A stretch of DNA of 64,000 bases from the human T2T-CHM13v2.0 reference genome, Homo sapiens, in the NCBI RefSeq assembly GCF_009914755.1, contig NC_060938.1. One strand, given 5' to 3'. Below are positions 40,503 through 56,960 of the stretch, in pieces. Below the pieces are notes generated by a model that saw nothing but the letters and a program-made list of their open reading frames with translations, was not told the origin of the DNA and did not search any database. Position numbers and translations under genes: made by a program. Position 1 is the first letter of the stretch. The number at the start of each line of letters is the position of its first letter.

Positions 40503-41568
40503 ATTCATTTTAAACGCTCTTTTAAAACACTTTGGTATTATTGCTTGAGGTTTGCTTATTTGAAAGACCACCCAATAACTCATTGACCCTCCTTGCATCC
40601 GAATTTTTTCATCAAGCTTTGTTAACACTAATGATGATTCTTGAAAATTTCTGTCCTTCTCAGAATGTTAATAAACTTTTTTACTCTGTCCACATGTCGA
40701 TAGAGAATTACTATTTTGCCTTCTCTGCTTATGATTTAATATTTGCAGAGCACTTCATAATTAGCTTCCCCTTCATTATCCACGCATGGATTTTTCATAA
40801 CATTGTTATTCTCTGAGACCAGCACATTTTTGGGCTGCATCTCCCAGCTCTCAATGTCAGATGTTGTGTGCCCAGGGAATACAAATGCCTGTTAATATTA
40901 GGCTGTGCAAAATATAATTAGAAAAGTTAATCTACTGAAAAAAAAATCAGTGCATTCCAAAGTCAAACCGAACCAATTTTTTTTTAATCTACCACGTCAC
41001 TGTTCCTCTCCAGCGGCGCAGCTAATTGAGTGCTGACAGTAGAGTTTCTTCCTTTTATTTGGTTCAACAGTTCTACAGATTCCAGAGTTCTTGGACTAGC
41101 ATAAGAATGGATGCCACAAAATATTCCAATTAACAAGCTAAAAAGGTCTGTTTAGACCATGATTCCTACATGGTTCGGAGGGCTTATACGTTATTTCTGT
41201 AGGGCTTGGCACATGGGTTGGGAGCCCCTGGGAGAAGGTGCTGTTGGGCCTGCATTGATGGAAGATCTTCATCCATGAGCTGACTGGGAAGGCCAGTTGC
41301 TTGCGCTCCAGATCTGGTGCCGGTGATAAGCTGGGTTAGGTTACTAACTCTTTAGGTGGGGATAAGAACGATAGTCCAAGGGCAAAGAAAACAGGCCCAG
41401 CAAACTTACACTGTTTGCCTCTAGTTAAATGTAAAATGATGATCTGAACCCAGATTTCAGTCTCACAGTACGATGTTTCAGTAACTGTGAGGTGCTGTTT
41501 TCCCACAATAAACAAAGTGGATATTAAAGTGCAAGATGGCACACATGGGTCAGAAACCCAGTGAAGAC

Positions 41569-41862
41569 TGGCCGGGTGTGAGGGCTCACACCTGTAATCC
41601 TAACATTTTGGGAGGCCAAGTCAGGAGGATTACCTGAGCCCAAGAGTTCAAGACTAGTCTGGGCAACATAGTGAGACCTCATCTCTGCAAAAAATAAAAT
41701 TAGCTGAGCATGGTGGCACATGCCTGTAGTCCCAGCTGCCTGAGGTGGGAGGATAGATTGAGCCCAGGAGGTCGAGGCTGCGGCGAGCTGGGATTGCCCT
41801 ACTGCACTCCAGCATAGGCGACAGAGACCCTGTCTCAAAAAAAAAAAAAAAAAAAAAAAAAG
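41569..41862 (+). mobile_element. AluJ
   Basis: Dimer with poly(A). Confidence 0.92.
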
Positions 41863-42019
41863 AAGACTTGGGTAATGTTAAATATGACCTGTGTCCTGTG
41901 TGATTTTAAAAGAATAAAGATGCCACAGTAATGCTGGATACTTTTTCTATGTATGAATTTTGTCACTAATGACCCTTCCATAGGCATCATCTTTTGAGAA
42001 AAAGACATTTGACTTCAAC

Positions 42020-42195
42020 TGGGGCTTAAATCCCATCCATTACTTATCATCTGCGTTCTTAGGAAAATTACCTAATCTCCGAGCATGGTTTCCTCATCTG
42101 GTAAAGTAGTTAACAGCCTCATGTTTTAAGAATTAAACAGAACCAGACGTGTAAAGGCAATGACTGGCAAATCGTAACACACTCAATAAACATCG
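42020..42195 (+). mobile_element. MIR
   Basis: aaattacctaatctcc...tttcctcatctg...cactcaataaa. Confidence 0.55.
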
Positions 42196-44882
42196 AGTGG
42201 CTTCCTTTGTCCTACATCTCTGATACGTTCATGCTTTTATGTTGTTTTTCTAGAACAGAGTCCTGATGTATTAATAGCAGAGGTTTTCAAATCCTTAGCA
42301 GTGAGTCTATACCCCTACTCCCCTACTCCCCAACAAGCACCAGGTCATGTCTTTCCTTAAGTAGAATTGCTTAAGCGACGGAAGAGTCAGAATGAGCTCG
42401 TCCACTTTGCTTAGTATTGGCCTGTGCTTTTAACCCTTTGCTATAAACAGAACAGCGACTCAAACTTGAGCTTGCCTCCGAATCACCTGGAGAGTTTGTC
42501 AAAACACAGGTCACGTGGCTGCACCCTCAGGATCAGTGATTGTGCAGGTATTAAGTAGAAAATACTTAAATTTTCTACAAGTTCCCAGGTTATGCTTTAG
42601 AAGAATAGGGTTACCAGGAGAATAGCCATAGGCACCAGCATTAAAAGAAATAGAAACTAAGGTATGAGGTATACCGTGTCCAGATAACTGAGTATTATGT
42701 TGACAAGTTAACCATCCACAGACTACCTTGCAGAGGGAAACAGGCTTAAATTGTAACTCAAAAATTCAGTTAGATAAAAGAACTTTATTTTCCTTTTTTA
42801 CTAAAATGGTGATTCAGAGCCCCCTGTGCATGAAACTTGACTATTTTAAATTCATGTGTTACCTAGATGGAGCTAGAATTTCTTTACCACCATTAATTAT
42901 ATGAGACTAGGTACCAGATTAGCAAGGGGGTGACCTTGGCGCTCTCAGAGTGGATGACAACTTGGGACAGCAGAGCTGCTGAGGAAAGCAGGGCCTGGGG
43001 TGGCAGGTGCAGAGCCCCAGAGCCATGCCCGCAGTGTTGTAGCCACAGGGGATGTGGGGTGAGGTGGGGTTGGCGGGGGACTTGGGGAGACTTGGTTCCA
43101 GGCTGAGAATGTTAAATTCAAGTCACTGACTTCCACCACCAGCCCAGTCTATTCACTCAGTCTCCAAGATCCTGTAAAACCTCAAAGTTACAAGAAAAGC
43201 ACGTTTCACAACTGCCCTCATCCCTGTCCCACATGGTTCAGAAATCTTTACTTCAGTGCCCATGCTGCACAGTAGCCTGTTTTCTCTGCTGTTGTCCAAA
43301 GACAAGACAGAAGGAAGGAGTTGCGGCTCCTCTGTACCCTTTACAAAAACTGTGGCTCAAACACTCCAAGACACGGCTGTCTTTTCTGAGAAGATAATTA
43401 TCACCTTGGGGTTTTCATTCCTAGTACCTGGCCCCTTCTATTGCTCCTCTCTGTGGATCCCCCTCCTCTCCTGGGCCTGCCAGCATTGTGCTCCCTTGCA
43501 CCTTGTCAGATTATGCCCTTCCGGTCCTCCACCCTTTCAAATCAGACATCTCCTTCTGTCTTGCCTCTGTGTGTCTGAGTCATCACACCTGAGACCCAAG
43601 AGAGCATTCCACCTTCCCTTCTCTCATTACACCTCTCATTATACCCTTTTAGTCCCACTTGCCTTCAGTCCTGTGAACAGGCATCTCCCAAAGTTCCTTC
43701 CATTACTTACTCTAAATTAACGCATCTTATTATGCCTCTTAATCAGCTCCTCTGCCAGGCACAGCCCCACCTTTAAACACATGCAGCTCATTTTATCCTT
43801 CCATTTGTATCTCTCATGACCCATTTTCAACCTGAATGATCTCCTAGACAAAATACCCTAAGCTCTGGGTACCTTACTCCCTATCTTTATGTAAGTGTAT
43901 TCCTTCAAAGATCTCATCATGTGTTCTGTTGATGCATCTATGATTCATTTTTCTTACCCAAAGTGCCAAGTCCTTTTAAGTGGCTCGAACTCCCTATACA
44001 TTAGATCTTGGTAGTGCACCCCTGAATCTCTAATAAGCTCACCCAGTCATATCTCCTGTGCAAGACTGTAATTCAGCGTTTAAGAAAAGCATCACAAAAT
44101 GGCTATCTGCCAATAAAATCCAACTCTTTTGCAAAAGTATAAACTGCTTGGGAGGGGATAGTTTCTCCAGTTTGCCACTGATGCTCCCACTCCATATTGC
44201 CTTAAGTGCTCCCAGCTCACTGCACACATCTAGGTAACTTGCCTGGTAAGAAGGCATTTGAGTTGACGTCCTCTGAATCCCGTCACCAAAACCAAGGAAG
44301 CCATTTCCTTCCCCAAACAACACCCCCATCATAGGCCCACCCACCCTCACCTACCCTGCGTTCCTGGGAGTGAAATACATTTAAGAAGGGAGTTTTATGC
44401 CAATTCAAAGAGCAAACAATAAATTACTAATAAAGTTGCCGGGAGGTGGTCCTTTAGTCACTTGTCTTAGTGAAAAGGTAGGATGGATTTGTAAGTGACC
44501 TAGTAATTTTTTTAACGAGCTTAAGGGTATTTGAAAGAGTTACTTCTCATAAGAAGCTTAAACATTGCTCTGTAATCTTAAGACAATAAATATGCTTAGC
44601 AAACTCTTTTTTTTTTTTTTAGTTAGTACAAAGATAAACTCATCCCAATGTAGGTACATTTCAAATTAATGAGTCTATGCCTATTAAAACATGTGCCATA
44701 AATGCTGCCTAGCATAATATAAACAACGCTAGCTGGAGTGGGAGTGAGGACTTCCTTGACAGGCACTGCCAACAAGCAATTCACTTAAAGAAAGACAAGA
44801 CCTGGTGCATGTTGGAGAGCAGGGGTGTGGACTCACTGCTCACTAAGGATTTGAAAAACCGTGGTGTGAAAGACAAACTGGC

Positions 44883-45188
44883 GGCCGGGCATGGTGGCTC
44901 ACACCTGTAATTCCAGCACTTTCGGAAACCGAGGCGGGCAGATCACAAGGTCAGGAGTTCAAGACCAGCCTGGCCAAGATGGTGAAACCCCATCTCTACT
45001 AAAAAATACCAAAAAAATTAGCTGGGCATAGTCGTGGGCACCTGTAATCCGAGCTACTCAGGAGGCTGAGGCAGAGAATTGCTTGAACACAGGAGACGGA
45101 GGTTGCAGTGAGCTGAGATGGTGCCGCTGCACTCCAGCCTAGGCGACAGAGTGAGACTCCATCTCAGAAAAAAAAAAAAAAAAAAAAA
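44883..45188 (+). mobile_element. AluS
   Basis: Dimer. TSD aaagacaaactggc. Confidence 0.93.
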
Positions 45189-45394
45189 GACAAACTGGCC
45201 TTGACCTTTGTGGCCCAAGAAGCAAAATAGGGACCAGTGAATGCAAGTTATAGGAAACAGATTTTTGTCTCCAAGGTAGTTGATCAATGGTGATTGGGTG
45301 GTGTCCTGAGCTTGAAGTAAAAACCAGCTTTAAGAATCACTTTGCAAAGAACCTATCTCTTCATTTTAGTGGACACTTGCTGTCTTTAAATAAA

Positions 45395-45975
45395 CTTAGA
45401 ATCACGAATCACAGAATCAAGATGGAAAGGATCTTTAAAGTTTATTTATTGCATCTCCCAGCCCAGGTTCCAAGCTCCGCTTCACTGTCCCGCCACATGT
45501 TCAGCCACCTGTCTTTGGTTACACCAGTGATGGGGGAACTCTCTACTTCCTGAGGCTGCACACTTGATCTTTCAACTTCTCTTTTAAGTCCTTCCTTTTA
45601 TTCAGGAGAAATCCATTTTCCTTTAGTGTTTGTATTTGAGACAGGGTCTCTCTGTGGCCCAGGCTGGAGTACAATGGTTTGATCATGGTTCACTGTGACC
45701 TTGAACTCCTGGGCTCAAGCCATCCTCCTGCCCTGGCCTCCCAAAGTGCTGAGATTACAGGTGTAAGCCACCACGCCCGACCTCCCTTTAATTTTTACAA
45801 CTACTTCCAGTCCTATCACTTCAATTATACAAACAAATATGTTTCTCTTCCCAGATTATAACCACTAATTTTTTAGAAAATGTCAGGTCTTCCCAATGTT
45901 ATGTCTTCCCCAGGATAAAAATTCTCTATTTCCTCTACTTTTCCTCATTTATCATGGCTTCCAGCCCCTTTTCCA
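45395..45975. mobile_element. Probable L3/CR1 relic, interrupted by a short Alu (45635-45782, minus)
   Basis: agaatcacgaatcacagaatc and ccagtgatgggggaactctctacttcc motifs. Confidence 0.45.
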
Positions 45976-45984
45976 CCATAATAT

Positions 45985-46195
45985 AATCATATCTAACATG
46001 TATTAAGGAGATGGTCACTTTGTGTGCATTATCCCTTTGAGTCCTCACAATAGCCCTGTGAGATGGGTGCTATTAATGTCCCCATTTTACAGAACAATCA
46101 ACAGAGTCCTAGAGAGGTTAAATAATTTGTTAGCAGTAAAATAGCTGGTGAATGGCAGAGCTGGGATTCAAACACAGCCCTCTGATTCTAGAACC
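45985..46195 (-). mobile_element. MIR
   Basis: cccattttacag...agagaggttaaataattt...gagctgggattcaaac. Confidence 0.75.
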
Positions 46196-46426
46196 AATAT
46201 TTAATCTGTATTTTCTCAGTCTTACTGGTCTCAACCTATGAGTCCCCTGCATGGCCTGGTTGCATGGAGCTTTGCCTAAGAGATCTAGATAGCAGCATCA
46301 TTGGCACAGGGTTGTAAATGGGGTAGGGGTTAGGGAACAGGAAAGACAACAAAAGTGTACCTTAAGGCCAGAGGACTCAGAGGAAACACCCTCTCCTGGG
46401 AGGCTCTTAGAGGAGAGGGGCCTTTA

Positions 46427-46738
<312 letters not shown>

Positions 46739-46854
46739 TCAACATTCTCTCTCATTTAATATAGAGGTTCCCTCTATGAATTTCAATTCAAGGAGATAGC
46801 TTCCTATCGAATTCCAGGCAAATCTGAAGTTAAAAGAGGCTTTGAGAAACTCAA

Positions 46855-47075
46855 ACAGTGGTTCTCAGACTTAAGAATAAGTCTGAGTTATTGTTTTAAG
46901 CATCAGTATCACCTAGAGAAGTTGTTAAATTCCTATTTCTGGACTCCTGGCTCAGAGATTCAGTATTAATAGATCCAAGCTGGAACCATAGAGCCTTCAT
47001 TTTAATAAGTGACCCTAGTATGCATGACTTGGGTGGGCAGTGAACTACTCTTCAAGGAAACTCTGTCCTAAGCTT
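46855..47075. mobile_element. MER5-like
   Basis: cagtggttctca...catcagtatcacctagagaagttgttaaa...cagagattc. Confidence 0.6.
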
Positions 47076-47789
47076 TCCAAAGCCCTTGGCCAGCTCTTCT
47101 GAGCCAGGGAGCAGCATGTTAAGTTATGGTAGGTGAGGGTGTTGTCGGGCTTCAGATTTGTGGATGCTTTGCCACTCCTCAATAGGTGAGGAATGTCTGG
47201 CCAGAATGGTGCTTTCATGAGAGAAGGACAGAGGGACCTTTGGAGCAGTCATTTACTCAGTGGCTGATAGTTCTTAGCCTCATCCCACACTACACCTGTG
47301 TTTGCCTTTTTTTAAACTAAGAAGCATTTGCTTAGTGGAAGCCAATTAAAATCTTTGTTTCAAAACCAACTTCTAAATACTGTATATAACACTCTTTCCT
47401 CCTTAGGACAAACTGCAACAATGTTAATTTTACACTCAGGTCTAATCAGATCTCATTATTGATGTTGCTGTAATACCCTCTGCTCCTGGTTCTGTATCAT
47501 TATCCTTGAGCAGGTAGGAGGCATGGATTTCAAAGTTGGTCCCTGTTTTCAGCAATTTAAAGACAAATAAGAGATTTCCAGTTTATACCTTGAAGCCCAT
47601 CTGTCAAAAAACTGTGCCCAAGGTCCTTGCAGTCCGCTTGCTAAAGCAACAGATTAAGAAGAACAAAACAAGCCCAGATCCCAAGTGTAAACCCCAGCAA
47701 AAGCCCAAATGCCTCCTGACTGCCTGCCAAGGGTCCACAGAGAGGCATGTGGGAGTCAGTGCTCCTGGTCATGACCTCTTCCTTTAGCC

Positions 47790-48570
47790 AGTGTTCTGGT
47801 TATCTATAGCCACTTAAACTACTTCATAATTAGTTGCTTAAAACAAGCATGTTCTTATCTACTGTTTCACAAGTTGGGAATTTGGGCAGGGCTCAGCTGG
47901 GTGATTCTTCCGCTCCATATGGCATTCACTGGGGTCACTCAGAGGTATTCAGCTGGCAGCTGAGGTGGCTGGGAGAGCCCAAGGTGGCTTCACTCACAAT
48001 CTTGACACCTCAGTGGGGACAGTGGAAGAGAAGGCTGGGCTCAGCTGGGCCCCTTTCCCTCTCCATGTAGTCTCAAAGCCCGCATGTGCTCTCTCTGGCA
48101 GGGTTGTTGGACTTTCAACATGGTGCTCAGGGCTCCAAGAGCCCAAAGTAGAAGTTGCCAGTCTTGCAGTGGTGTGATCTCAGCTCACCACAACCTCCGC
48201 CTCCCAGGCTCAAGCAGTTCTCCTGCCTCAGTCTCCTGAGTAGCAGGGATTACAGGCACATGCCACTATCACCTAGCTAATTTTTGTATTTTTAGTAGAG
48301 ATGGGGTTTCAATATGTTGGCCAGGCTGGTCTTGAACTCCTGACCTCAAATGATCCACCTACCTCGGCCTCCCAAAGTGCTGGGATTACAGACGTGAGCC
48401 ACCATGCCCGGTCAGAAGTTGCCAGCCTTCTTAAAAGCTCGGTCCAGAAATGTCAGGGTGTTGCTTCCTCATACTTTGTCAAGGCCAGAGTCAAAGAAAG
48501 GGGAGATAGGCCCCCTCCCTCAGGAAGGGGCTTGTCAAAGAGTTCATACCACCTCTCATCTGCCACAGTC
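47790..48570. mobile_element. MaLR (MLT1-like) LTR interrupted by an Alu
   Basis: gggaatttgggcagggctcagctggg...ccaaggtggcttcactcaca...tctccatgtagtctc pattern. Confidence 0.7.
48166..48413 (-). mobile_element. AluS lacking 3' end and poly(A)
   Basis: Flanked by agaagttgccag(t/c)ctt. Confidence 0.9.
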
Positions 48571-50964
48571 AGCCTCTCTCCTCTGTCTCCACTACAATCA
48601 ACCCCATTCTCCTTTCAGACTCCTCACTCCTCTATCAGGATCAGAATACCAGAATTTCCATCTAGAGTTATAAAAAACCCAGTCGAATACTAATCTCACC
48701 TGAGGGAAATTACCCCATTCCTCAGGTAATCTTGGGAACAGGGCAGGCCTTTGGAGCATCTGTGCTGGACAGTGAGGCCCTCCTGTTCCCCACTCCTCTC
48801 ACTGTCCTGGTTTTCTCACTGGCTTTATCTAAGTACCATGGTTTGCCATCAGAAGAGATTGGCAGAGGAAGAGGACATCAACCTTCACCCCAGCCCCTCT
48901 TTCCACTAAGACCAAGAATCTCAGTCCAGAAACCCCATGGCAAAGGCTGACAATTGTCGCAGGTTCCAAGAGGGTCTGATGCTGTGTGACCTCCAGGCTC
49001 ACCTGGCTCAGTCAAGCTAAGGACCAAGAAAGAGAAGCTCTCTATGCCAGCACTTCATTCCTAAGAATGCAAGGTTTGCTATATATTTGGGGCAGCCCTT
49101 ACCACCTCCAGAAGACCATGTAAGGTCTAGCAGAAGGACAAGAGTACAAAAGGCAGTCAGGAGGCAGCTAGTGTGAGGCAGTACGAGGAAGCCCCAGCCA
49201 GTGCAGCGTGAGTCTGGGAGTCAGCTACGTTCTCGAGCTTCCTCCTCTGTAGCACCAGTGACAGCCAATTTATTACTTCTGTTGCCAGGGAAGTGATGTG
49301 CCAGGATTCACGTTTGCAAGGCCATGACACTCTCTGCCTGGTCACCTAAAGGTACTGGGAGGCAGACTGGCTGCCCTGCCTTCTGCACCTTGAGACTGGG
49401 TGTGAGCTCAGCCTTGGGAGACCTGTCAGCTTCAACCCCTCAACATCTCCCTCCTGTGCTCAGCTACATGCCCTGCCAGCTGAGCCCAAATCCTCAACTT
49501 GACAGAGAACTGGCCGTAGGGTACAGCAGGAAGTGGAATCAAGAAAAGCCCTCAGCTGGAGGTAAAAGACACAACCACAATCCATGAGCCACAGTGAACG
49601 TCTCTCGCATCACTGATGCTCTAAGAAAGATGCTGTTCAGAGGGGGAAGTGACATCCCCCTCCCCTCATACTTGAATCTTCTCTACTTCCCAGCCCTGTC
49701 TAGCCAGTCTCTGCTTCCACAGCTTCTGTGCTGTCAGAGGCTGAGCCTCTCTTAATGGGGGTGACATTAACCACTGCCCCAGGTTAGGGACAGCCTCCTC
49801 TGGTCCAGCTGTGGGCCTCCCACCCCTCCCCTCTGATTGGCTGTTCTGCAGTGCGGTGGTGGGAAGGGGTCCACATGGGGTAATCAGATAGGGGCCAAGC
49901 ATAGTTCTTTCCTCAAAGGCAGGGAGAGCATAATTGTCAACTCTCCTTTGAGGCAATAGGAAATACTTGCAATCATTCCAAGTAGGCAGCAAAGTACACA
50001 AAAGCATTGAGTTTTCAGTATTGTGACCACCTGAATATTCGTATCCTGCCCATATTGCACTCTGCAGTAAGGCAGCTCCAAGAGTTGCAAGGTTCTGTTA
50101 CACTAAACCAAAATCTGCCTCCATCTAATTTCCACCAGATAGTAACAAAAGGTACACTTTCTGAAGCACTTCCCATGCTTCTGGCACTTTCCTGAGCACT
50201 TCGCGGCTGTCATCCTGTCCTTGAGTGGCTCTGGGAGCTCAATTGTCCCATTATCCCTTGGTTGAGGAAGCTGCAGCTCAGAAGGGCTAAGGAGATTGCT
50301 CACCCACTTGGTTGGATTCGAACACAGGTCTGTTGGATTCCAATGCCCTGGGCCAATGCAGCTCCCAGCCTATAGGGTCTGATTCCCTTCCCCTTTCCTG
50401 AGGCTGCCCTTCCCTGTTTGGAGGTGGCTGCCTTATCCTGTCCCTCTCCCAGCCTCTTCTCCTGGACCAAGCATCTTGGGCTTCCCACTGCTGCTCCCTG
50501 CCTTGGTCTCAGTCTCCCACCCTCCTGGGCTCCTTTCAAAGACAGGCAGAAATGAGCACGGCATTCCGGCACTGGTACTGGCCCTCCAACTCTGGATCCA
50601 ATATCCTTAGGATGCATGCAGCCTATGATTACCCCATTTTTTTGGCGTCCTGTCTCACATAAGCTCAGAGGCGATCCCAACACCTAAGGTGTTTTCACCT
50701 GTGGTGTTTTGGGGTTATTTCTTCTCCATTCAAAATGGAAAGGGAAGAAGACATGTATCTCAGTTAAATCTCATCTTACAGATCTGACCAACTGTTTCAG
50801 TCTGTTGAGTAGTTTGAACAATGCTGATGCTGTCATTTATCACAAAGTGTGCTGTTGGACCTAAATGTGAGTCATACGCCTCTGAGAGGACCCTGATAAC
50901 AACACTGACTGGCTGAGGTCAGGCTCTGTGGTCACCACCATCCAGGATGCATCATTTTATATAT

Positions 50965-51221
50965 TTTGAGACAGGGTCTCACTGTCACCCAGGCTGGAGT
51001 GCAGTGGTGCTAATCTTGGCTCACTGCAGCCTTGACCTCCTGGGCTGAAGCGATCCTCCCACCTCAGCCTCCTGAGTAGCTGGGAGGTGCTAACCACCAC
51101 AACTGGCTAAGGTAGAGATGGGGTTTTGCCATGTTGCCCAGGCTGGTCTAGAACTCTTGAGCTCAAGCAATCCACCCACCTCGGCCTTCCAAAATGTTGG
51201 GATTATGGGCATGACCTGGCC
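50965..51221 (-). mobile_element. AluJ with internal deletions
   Basis: TSD gatgcatcatttta. Confidence 0.9.
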
Positions 51222-51250
51222 TCGATGCATCATTTTAAACAAGCCTCCTT

Positions 51251-51581
51251 GGCCAGGTGTGGTAGTTCATGCCTGTAATCCCAACACTTCGGGAGGCTGA
51301 GGAGGGTGGATTGCTTGAAGCCAGGAGTTCAAGACCAGCCTGGACAACAAAGTGAGACCCCAGTCTCTATGGGATGGGGTGAGGTGGGGGATTGGGGGGA
51401 AGAAACAACAACTAGCAAGGTGTAGTGGCTCACACCGATAGTCCCATAGTCCCAGCTACTTGGGAGGCTGAAGGGGGAGGATCCCTTAAGCCCAGGAGGT
51501 CAAAGCTGCAGTGAGCTGTGATTGCAGCACTGTGCTAGCCTGGGCAACACAGAGAGACCCCATCTCTTGAAAACAAAACAG
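51251..51581 (+). mobile_element. AluJ with a G-rich linker
   Basis: TSD aaca(a/g)gcctcctt. Confidence 0.9.
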
Positions 51582-51779
51582 AACAGGCCTCCTTGAGAAG
51601 TGTCATTCCACCTGTTATGAATCCAGGCTTAATCCAAAGCCCCTACTCTCACTTCTTCCAGGTTCCCTCCTGGCCCCGCTGCCCCTCCCTGATCCTTCAG
51701 CCCCAGGCATCCTGTAGTATCCGAGTGAGATAAAGGCAGACTTTGGCTCCTCTGATAAACTTCAGCAGTGTGGATCTCT

Positions 51780-54130
<2,351 letters not shown>

Positions 54131-54454
54131 GACACCAGTCACCTTTCTGAGCGTGGGAAGCTCTCACATTCCATTCTAGTCTTCCTGCCTCCTGAGCCCA
54201 GCCCTAGGCAGGCTCATCCCAGAGAAATGGGCCCTCACAGGGCCACCCTTAAACCTGGACAAGAGGGGCACCGTGTCCCTCTTATGGGACCTGCATATCC
54301 CCAGGGGGCACAATGTGTGAAAGAATGCCTAGCGCTTCTGTCACTGAGATGTGGCCCCTAGAGCTGGCACAGGGTCACCTGTAACCCTAAACAGATGCTG
54401 TCCTCAGGAACACTGTTCAGGCCTCAGAGAAATTGCCTTTTCGTCCCCACCCCC

Positions 54455-54745
<291 letters not shown>

Positions 54746-54801
54746 TGAAATTGCCTTTCTTATCTTTCACCCTGTGTCTTCCAAACAGAAGGTGGCTGTG
54801 A

Positions 54802-54857
54802 CAGAGTGGCTTGAAAGTTTAGAGGCTCCCAGAGCGGCTTGAAAGTTTAGAGGCTCT
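54802..54857 (+). repeat. 28-bp tandem duplication
   Basis: cagag(t/c)ggcttgaaagtttagaggctc(c/t) x2. Confidence 0.95.
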
Positions 54858-55344
54858 TCTGCTCAGAAACGTGGAAAGGATTTAAATATTAGAAGTGCCT
54901 AGGGCGGAGGGAAGACAGATTAATTCACTTGTCAAATACTTTCTTCCAGCATCAAAGCTCAACAAAGTGTTGCTTCTCAATAGTACTGAGTCCTTTCTCT
55001 TGCTTCTCTTTGTGTTCTAATTCATGGTTTCAGTTCTTTGATATTCACAACAGGTACGCATGGTGGCTGAAGGGTGCTTTGTGATATTAAACAATACGTA
55101 TTCCTCTTAAATGTGTGTATGTAAAGGCTAGAGGTAACATGTTTGAAGCGAAATGTCGATTCTTTATATTGTTAACTCTATAGAAAATGACCAGTAGAAT
55201 TTAAATAGTGCTATTTTTATAAAAATGTTTAAGATTTAATCTAAATTCAAAATATCAAATAAAAATTTCAGCTTTTAAAAAAGCTTGATTTACTTTGTTG
55301 TTTAAATTTTGTCTTTTATTTTCATTAAAAAATCTTTTGATTTT

Positions 55345-55478
55345 TTTTTATTTTAAATAATAGAGGCAGGGTCTCACCATGTTGTCTAGGCTGGTCTTGA
55401 ACTCCTGGACTCAAGTGATCCTCCCACCTTGGCCTCCCAAAGTGCTGGGAGTACAGATATGAGCCACGTTGCCAGGTC
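55345..55478 (-). mobile_element. Alu left monomer (FLAM-like)
   Basis: Reverse left-arm sequence. Confidence 0.85.
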
Positions 55479-55487
55479 TGTCTTTTA

Positions 55488-55800
<313 letters not shown>

Positions 55801-55929
55801 TGTGTGACTACTTGAGAGAAAAAATTTTTTGAAAACATAATTTTAATATTTTAATTTTTACATTTATGGCAATTCATGTTTTTGATTAGTACATTTTAAA
55901 ATTGTATTCATTCAGAATACAGTTGCATT

Positions 55930-56960
<1,031 letters not shown>

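Larger units (their letters stand above)
38645..40525 (+). other. SIPA1L1: SIPA1L1 3' UTR (end approximate)
   Basis: Repeat-free, AU-rich sequence after the stop codon. AATAAA at 40497 followed by U/GU-rich sequence. It could extend to the AATAAA at 40670. Confidence 0.75.
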
